Positions 58,822 to 64,000 of a DNA stretch of 64,000 bases are shown piece after piece. How positions within the stretch are numbered: the stretch's first letter is position 1; every line of letters begins with the position of its first letter. The stretch spans positions 1 through 64,000 of the forward strand of contig CAVPLT010000001.1 in NCBI GenBank assembly GCA_963706325.1. Reading direction: 5' to 3'. Source of the stretch: an uncultured Nitrospiraceae bacterium (GTDB lineage Bacteria > Nitrospirota > Nitrospiria > Nitrospirales > Nitrospiraceae). A program made the translations under genes and the position numbers. The notes under the pieces were generated by a model. It saw only the letters and a program-made list of their open reading frames with translations, ran no database searches and had not been told where the DNA came from.

Positions 58822-59526
58822 ATGTCGATCACCGGTGTTTGGTCAGGTAAAGGCTTGGTTGTCAGCCTCATCATTGGATTTATTGCCGTGGAGTCGATTG
58901 TCGCCGCTGGCTTTCTAAGCCTGCTGCACTTCAAAACCTCTGCCAATTGGGTCTCGCAAAGCCAACATGTTTTGCTCGAATTGGAGCGCATGATCAGCAC
59001 CGTCACGGGCGCCGAAACCAATCAGCGCGCCTACCTCATTACTGGATCTGATGACTATCTTCCCCCCTATCGCGACGCGATGGACAGCATTGACGATCAC
59101 CTTCAGCGTATTGGGAGCCTTACTAGGCGTGATGCCGTCCAACAGAACCGTGTGGCCTATCTTGTGAACCAGATCGAACAGCGATCGGAGCAGATGGACG
59201 ATGCCATCATCACCCGCCGCATCAAAGGTCTGCCCTATGCCAAATCAGTCGTGGCTAGCAATCGGCAGAGTGGAACGATGGACGCGATTCAGGATGTTGT
59301 GGGACAGATGCGCGCTGAAGAAACACGCCTATTGGAGCGCCACCGGGCGGACTCGGAAGCCTGGGCGATTACCACAGGTTCCTTTACCGCAGTCTTTTTC
59401 TTACTGACCGCCATCGTCTTTGCCTTGTGCGGTCTGCTTATGAAAATGGCCTTATCAAGTCAAGCACAAGCTGAACGCCTCCTCCAAACTCTCTCGCGCT
59501 CCTCTACGGCTCCCGCAGCCAGATAA
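58822..59526 (+). CDS. Stand-alone CHASE3-domain membrane protein
   Basis: TM, WV..S..V, AETNQRAYLITG...YL.PY, MD.I......M..EE..LL..., TM, short tail; GGAGG RBS. Confidence 0.82.
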   Translation: MSITGVWSGKGLVVSLIIGFIAVESIVAAGFLSLLHFKTSANWVSQSQHVLLELERMISTVTGAETNQRAYLITGSDDYLPPYRDAMDSIDDHLQRIGSLTRRDAVQQNRVAYLVNQIEQRSEQMDDAIITRRIKGLPYAKSVVASNRQSGTMDAIQDVVGQMRAEETRLLERHRADSEAWAITTGSFTAVFFLLTAIVFALCGLLMKMALSSQAQAERLLQTLSRSSTAPAAR

Positions 59527-59683
59527 ATGCGGGAGTACGATACTCGGTTCACCTCCCGGGAACGTTGTTCGACCGGCAGGCACCCTGCCATCTCCATTTT
59601 CCATCATGAATTCCTGACCCCCTGCCTTCTCCCAACGTGCTGACTTGCCGAACTCCAGGCTTGCGGCCCCCGTGCACCCTCCG

Positions 59684-60157
59684 CTAGGTGCGTGCGAGGA
59701 CCACGGCGAGCAATAACACGAAGAGCGCAATCAGCAGTGACAGCCGCGGCACGAGCGACGAATATTTGGTCAGGGTCTTCTGGCGGGCCGTCCTCTCGCC
59801 GTCGGCCATGGCGAGAATCCGCCGGGTATAAGGTCCGATTACGAGGTCGTGAATCAGGGTCATGCTGAACAAGAGCGCGACCAGACTCATTTTGGCGGCA
59901 AAAACGGCTGGCCACTGTCTTGGCTCCAACAGGGGGATCAACCGATACGAGGCCAGGAGGAGACCAGTCCCGACGAGCAACCCCATCGCGCTCCACACCA
60001 GACTCCTGTACCGATAGGCGACGGTGCGAAAGAGCAGGGCGTAGTTCGCAAACAGTCCGTCCCGCCTTAATACCGGCACCAGCACAACCGACAGAAACAC
60101 CATCCCCCCGATCCAGACGACTGCCGCTAAGAGGTGAATCCAGATCAGCGCGAACAT
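59684..60157 (-). CDS. CopD-like / DUF4149 membrane protein
   Basis: HLLAA..WIGG..F, LL.GTG, K..LV, HD...GP. Confidence 0.75.
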   Translation of the reverse strand: MFALIWIHLLAAVVWIGGMVFLSVVLVPVLRRDGLFANYALLFRTVAYRYRSLVWSAMGLLVGTGLLLASYRLIPLLEPRQWPAVFAAKMSLVALLFSMTLIHDLVIGPYTRRILAMADGERTARQKTLTKYSSLVPRLSLLIALFVLLLAVVLART

Positions 60158-60273
60158 CAGCGCATCCTTTCTCCTGTATCAAATCGAGAGAAGATGACGA
60201 CCTGTGGGAAGAGACGCAAGGACAGATTTTCCGATCGCTCTCTTCGAACGGCCCATACTTGTGCGTCGGACTA

Positions 60274-61245
60274 CTATTTTCCGCTCGCCCCCACATAGGA
60301 CACGGGGCTGGCGGTTCCCTCCTTCGCGTCTTGCGCACAACGAAATCCCATCCAATTGATCTTGGTCTCTGGATCGGTGCCGTTGCGCATCGCCGCCCGC
60401 ATGGTGGTGGTGCTATCCATCCATCCGCCGCCTCGGAACGCCTTCTGCGTGCCGGTCTCCGGCCCTTGCGGGTTCCGATCCGGAGACTTCTTGTAATAAC
60501 CCTGGTCGTACCAATCGGAGACCCACTCGGCCACGTTCCCGATGGTTTGATAGAGGCCATATGGACTCACGGCATTCTCGTACTTGTCGACGGAAATGAT
60601 CGGCGGATAGAGCAACAGACGCTCGGGACGATCCCGCACCGGCCCGGACAATCCGGTTCTGCCGAAATTCGCTCTGGTCGGACCGGCATATTCGCTGCCC
60701 CACGGAAACAGCCGCCCATCAACTCCACGCGCCGCCTTCTCCCACTCGGCTTCGGTCGGCAGGCGTTTGCCCGCCCACTTGCAATAGGCATCGGCATCGT
60801 ACCAACTGACGTGCATGATGGGATGATGCGCCATCGTCTCCTGGAAATTGCCGCCGTCGTACCGCCAATCCAGTTGAGGCAACCGATCGGTGGCCAGCAC
60901 AAACTTGAGATATTCCAGCGTTGTGACTTCATACTTACCGATCAGATAGGGGTCCAGATACACCGACCGCTGCGGGATTTCGCTCCGATAGGCCAGTCGA
61001 TCCTTTTTCTTATCGCTCCCCATCACAAACGCGCCCGCCGGAATCAACACCATCTCGTCCTTGGTCTTCCACTTGGCCACGCGCTCTTGCGCGAGCTGTT
61101 TTCCGGCGTCCGTCCATTCGACGACAATGTCCTGCGTATCCAGAGCCCGCGCGATCGGAATCAGCGCGAATAGCGCCGCTCCAATCAGGAGCGCTTGTGC
61201 GACCCGCTTCCGTTTCCCTGGAATGTCCGTTCGTTGCTTTTCCAT
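60274..61245 (-). CDS. Formylglycine-generating enzyme (SUMF1/EgtB/PvdO) family protein
   Basis: [50 protein letters not shown]. Confidence 0.9.
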   Translation of the reverse strand: MEKQRTDIPGKRKRVAQALLIGAALFALIPIARALDTQDIVVEWTDAGKQLAQERVAKWKTKDEMVLIPAGAFVMGSDKKKDRLAYRSEIPQRSVYLDPYLIGKYEVTTLEYLKFVLATDRLPQLDWRYDGGNFQETMAHHPIMHVSWYDADAYCKWAGKRLPTEAEWEKAARGVDGRLFPWGSEYAGPTRANFGRTGLSGPVRDRPERLLLYPPIISVDKYENAVSPYGLYQTIGNVAEWVSDWYDQGYYKKSPDRNPQGPETGTQKAFRGGGWMDSTTTMRAAMRNGTDPETKINWMGFRCAQDAKEGTASPVSYVGASGK

Positions 61246-61277
61246 CTTTGGCCTCCTCGTTGTCCTGCCGTCAACAC

Positions 61278-62211
61278 TCAGCGACCCACCTGCCGCAGAA
61301 GTTTCGGATCGACAGCCGAAAGCTGACGACCGCTCTCGCCCGATTCTGCGCAGCGAAATCCGATCAGGTAACTCCAATGATCCAATCCCCCTGAATTGCG
61401 CCCCGCTGAACGGGCGACTTCTGGATCTTCATTCCACGAGCCTCCGCGAAACACTTTGTCCTGCCCCGACGCGGGCCCCTGCGGATTGCGATTGTCTTCG
61501 CGCCGGTAATATTCCGGATCGAACCAATCCGAAACCCATTCACTCACATTGCCTGCCAGCTGATACACTCCGTACGGGCTCACGCCCTGATCGTACCGAT
61601 CCACGTTGGCCAGCGGGGGATACTTCGCTCCGCGCTTGGATCCCGGGTGGGCGATATTACTTTTGATCCACCCAGCTGGTTCGTTCCCCCAGGGAAACAT
61701 CCGGCCATCCTGACCGCGCGCCGCCTTTTCCCACTCCGCTTCAGTCGGCAGACGAGCCCCTCGCCATCGGCAATAGGCGTCGGCCTCCCGCCAGGACACG
61801 CCGATCACGGGGTGTTTCGCCATCTTGTCCGCAAACGGTTGCCCCCGCCAATACCGCGGCCAAGCCGCCCTCGTCGCCAATACATACCGCAGATAATTCG
61901 ACATTGCTGACCTCGAACCGGTCGATGCTGAACGCATCGACATAGACTTCGCGTTGCGGCTGCTCCTGGGGCCCGGCCGCTCGATCCATCCGAGGATCGC
62001 TTCCCATGAGAAACGTGCCTTCCGAAATCGGTATCATGCCCCCGGGTACTTCCGTCAACGCGAGCCGTTCCGCCTCGTCCAGCGGAAACCACAGGGGCGG
62101 TGGCTTCGGAAGATCATGGTCTGCATACCCCGGCGCCACGACGCCCAGGATCAGCCCCATCGCGAGGCCCGCTACCCACGCCGGGATTGAAACCGTACTC
62201 AATGTGTTCAT
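61278..62211 (-). pseudogene. Second FGE-family protein with a +1 frameshift near 61897
   Basis: N-terminal frame (FLMGS...DRFEVSNVE) continues as YLRYV...[13 protein letters not shown]...GFRC in another frame. Confidence 0.85.
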
Positions 62212-62270
62212 GCCTCATTGCCGGTCCCGTCGATCCCACGGATCGATGTCCGACCTCATCACCGGCTCAG

Positions 62271-63203
62271 TCAGTGCTGTTGCTTTTGAATCATCGGATC
62301 GATTTCTCGCTGCGTTTCTTCGGACACGTTGTAACGCACGTACGGATGATCCATCACTTCGTTGGCATAGAGCCGCCCGGTCGGGGCCGGGACCACGATA
62401 TGTGCCTCCACGCTTCCCTTCGGTTGGATGGTGACGGTTTGCTCTATGGCGCTACGAATATAGGGATGCCAGACGACCAGCTTATAGGTGCCCGGAGGGA
62501 CATTGGTCATGGTGAACCGGCCCTGTTCGTCCGTCTTGTCGAAGTACGGATTGGCGACAGCCAAGCCCCAGCTCTCCATGTAGGCGTGAAAGCCGCATTG
62601 CATGACGAAGACCCGGCGGCCCTTGCTGAGATTGACCAATTGCTTCATCGGCGGGCCGGCCATGTGCTTGTGGTACATCCCGGCATCGCTGCGATCCTTC
62701 AGGTTGCGCGGGTGCTGCGGATTCATCGGCAGCGGCACGTTGAACAACACGCGCGGACCCAATTGCGAGGTTTCATAGGCCTGAATGTCGTGCATGACGG
62801 GGTCCATGTTGACCACCGTCACCGTTTGATCGCTCCGCACAACAGTCGTGAACGGGACGAAGAGGCAGTCTTTCGCTTCGATGTGCGGCACGCTGCCGTC
62901 GGCGAAAGGTTTGCCTTTGTCGATCCCCTCCAGATAGACCACCACGTCGCGAAACTCGTCTGCCGGTCCGACCTGGAAGGGTTGCAGAATGCGCCAGCCT
63001 TGTCCATCAGAGATGCGCCCGCAATAATATTGATCCGGCAACGTCACAAGGTTGTAGCCTTTCGGCTTTGGAACCTTTCCCTCTAGCTTCACGGTACCCA
63101 TGAGGGTCCCACCCTCTGACACCGCGATTTCTTCATACGCCAAGGCCGGACTGCCCAAACAAGCAGCCATCAGCCCCATCACGATGATGTTTCTAATCGT
63201 CAT
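62271..63203 (-). CDS. Secreted carboxypeptidase-regulatory-like / cupredoxin-like domain protein
   Basis: Signal peptide, VVVYL, DC.F.P, N.DPVMH, QCGFHAYM, NPYF..TD..G.F....VPPGTY.L.VWHP. Confidence 0.8.
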   Translation of the reverse strand: MTIRNIIVMGLMAACLGSPALAYEEIAVSEGGTLMGTVKLEGKVPKPKGYNLVTLPDQYYCGRISDGQGWRILQPFQVGPADEFRDVVVYLEGIDKGKPFADGSVPHIEAKDCLFVPFTTVVRSDQTVTVVNMDPVMHDIQAYETSQLGPRVLFNVPLPMNPQHPRNLKDRSDAGMYHKHMAGPPMKQLVNLSKGRRVFVMQCGFHAYMESWGLAVANPYFDKTDEQGRFTMTNVPPGTYKLVVWHPYIRSAIEQTVTIQPKGSVEAHIVVPAPTGRLYANEVMDHPYVRYNVSEETQREIDPMIQKQQH

Positions 63204-63228
63204 TCCTCCGGCCTCCTTCGTTCTCGTC

Positions 63229-63332
63229 TCTCGTGAAGCGTATCTCGCAAATAGGAACAGCTTCTTCGTGGCTCATGCTCAGACTGTCGATTAACCAACT
63301 ATCGTGCGCTTCACGAACGACGCTTCACGAGA
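63229..63332. repeat. REP-like intergenic inverted repeat
   Basis: TCTCGTGAAGCGT (63229-63241) pairs with ACGCTTCACGAGA (63320-63332); an extra CGCTTCACGA copy at 63307. Confidence 0.6.
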
Positions 63333-63340
63333 TACCGCTC

Positions 63341-63383
63341 AAAGACAAATGGGGGAGCTGCGTCATACAGGCAGCTCCCCCAT
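63341..63383 (-). terminator. Intrinsic terminator-like hairpin
   Basis: 13-bp perfect stem ATGGGGGAGCTGC/GCAGCTCCCCCAT, 9-nt loop, followed by TTGTCTTT on the minus strand. Confidence 0.65.
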
Positions 63384-63409
63384 CCGCGGTTACGCCATGA
63401 CTCGCCCGG

Positions 63410-64000
63410 TTACTTCATGGCAGTTGGGATCGCCTGCGGTTCAGGCTGCACGTCGGCTTGACGTGCGCCCGATCCGTTTGCGCTGAGAGGCTGAATCCGC
63501 GAGTCGCCGACCGGCAACACACGCAGGTAGCCCCACTGTCCCGACTGCGTGTAGGGCAGCCGCGCATTCGACCACACGAAGTCTCCCACTTGACGATACG
63601 GTCCGCCCGCACCGCCTCGGATGAAGACATCGAGGATCTCAGACCCGGCATACTCCACCACGCTGATCATGTCGGCGCCCGGCATGTAGGGTTCGATCGG
63701 CCATTCGTGCCCTTCGACCCCGAACATTCCGTTCTGCTCGCTGTTCGCGCCGATGACGTGGATACGGATCGCATCCCCCGCATGCGCCTCGATCAACGGC
63801 GTCACGGGATCCTCGGGCTTGTCCACTTTGCACGGCTGGAAGATCTTGCCCAACGAACAGCCTTCTTCCTCACGGAACTTGTACGGTTCCGCGCGGTAGT
63901 TGACCGACGTCAGACCAGCCACGTTCTGCACATACGGCATGAACGCGGTGCCGATGATGTTGTCCTCGTCTTGGAAGAAGAGGGCCACGTCACGGTAGTT
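63410..64000 (-). CDS. C-terminal part of a large multicopper-oxidase-like (cupredoxin-repeat) protein; 5' end outside window
   Basis: Frame is open to the window edge; VNYRAEP, DP.TPLIEA.AGD..RI, GH.W, GGAGG....GD, GQWG.LRV pattern. Confidence 0.65.
   Translation of the reverse strand, partial: NYRDVALFFQDEDNIIGTAFMPYVQNVAGLTSVNYRAEPYKFREEEGCSLGKIFQPCKVDKPEDPVTPLIEAHAGDAIRIHVIGANSEQNGMFGVEGHEWPIEPYMPGADMISVVEYAGSEILDVFIRGGAGGPYRQVGDFVWSNARLPYTQSGQWGYLRVLPVGDSRIQPLSANGSGARQADVQPEPQAIPTAMK

Noticed and set aside
59920..61173. 417-aa plus-strand ORF
   Set aside because: Antisense shadow of the FGE-family and CopD-like genes
1..64000. tRNA, rRNA, integrase, transposase or prophage genes
   Set aside because: No recognisable signatures found by eye; tRNAscan-SE and Infernal were not run

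Overview
A gene-dense accessory region, most likely from a Nitrospira-type (Nitrospirota) genome. That assignment is inferred from recalled protein families and intergenic repeats, not from a database search. The first ~1.1 kb looks foreign: two GC-rich PQQ-catabolism-associated genes joined mid-gene to a frameshifted O-methyltransferase fragment, probably a chimeric junction. After that come: an exosortase/PEP-CTERM cassette (two paralogous substrates, TPR lipoprotein, EpsH-EpsI fusion, GNAT, deacetylase, two DUF2238 genes); a partly decayed NarL/LuxR signalling cluster; a stress/dormancy-like set (PRTase, USP, cytochrome c, GNAT/acyl-CoA ligase); and a hemerythrin / diheme cytochrome / membrane protein / pentaheme cytochrome operon. 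These are followed by a Fic gene with twin palindromic operators, an HD-GYP protein, a sigma54-type osmC-sulfite dehydrogenase-cytochromes-sodC-dsrE operon, and a Rieske/cytochrome b-c module with trxC. The right third holds usp-rnk-als with two MITE-like elements, an OmpR-family two-component system flanked by 11-bp-phased ATGAA boxes, envelope genes, tauE, a stand-alone CHASE3 protein, and the 3' end of a multicopper-oxidase-like / FGE-domain / CopD-like cluster. Several small frameshifts could be real decay or sequencing errors. No rRNA, tRNA, CRISPR array or intact transposase was recognised.
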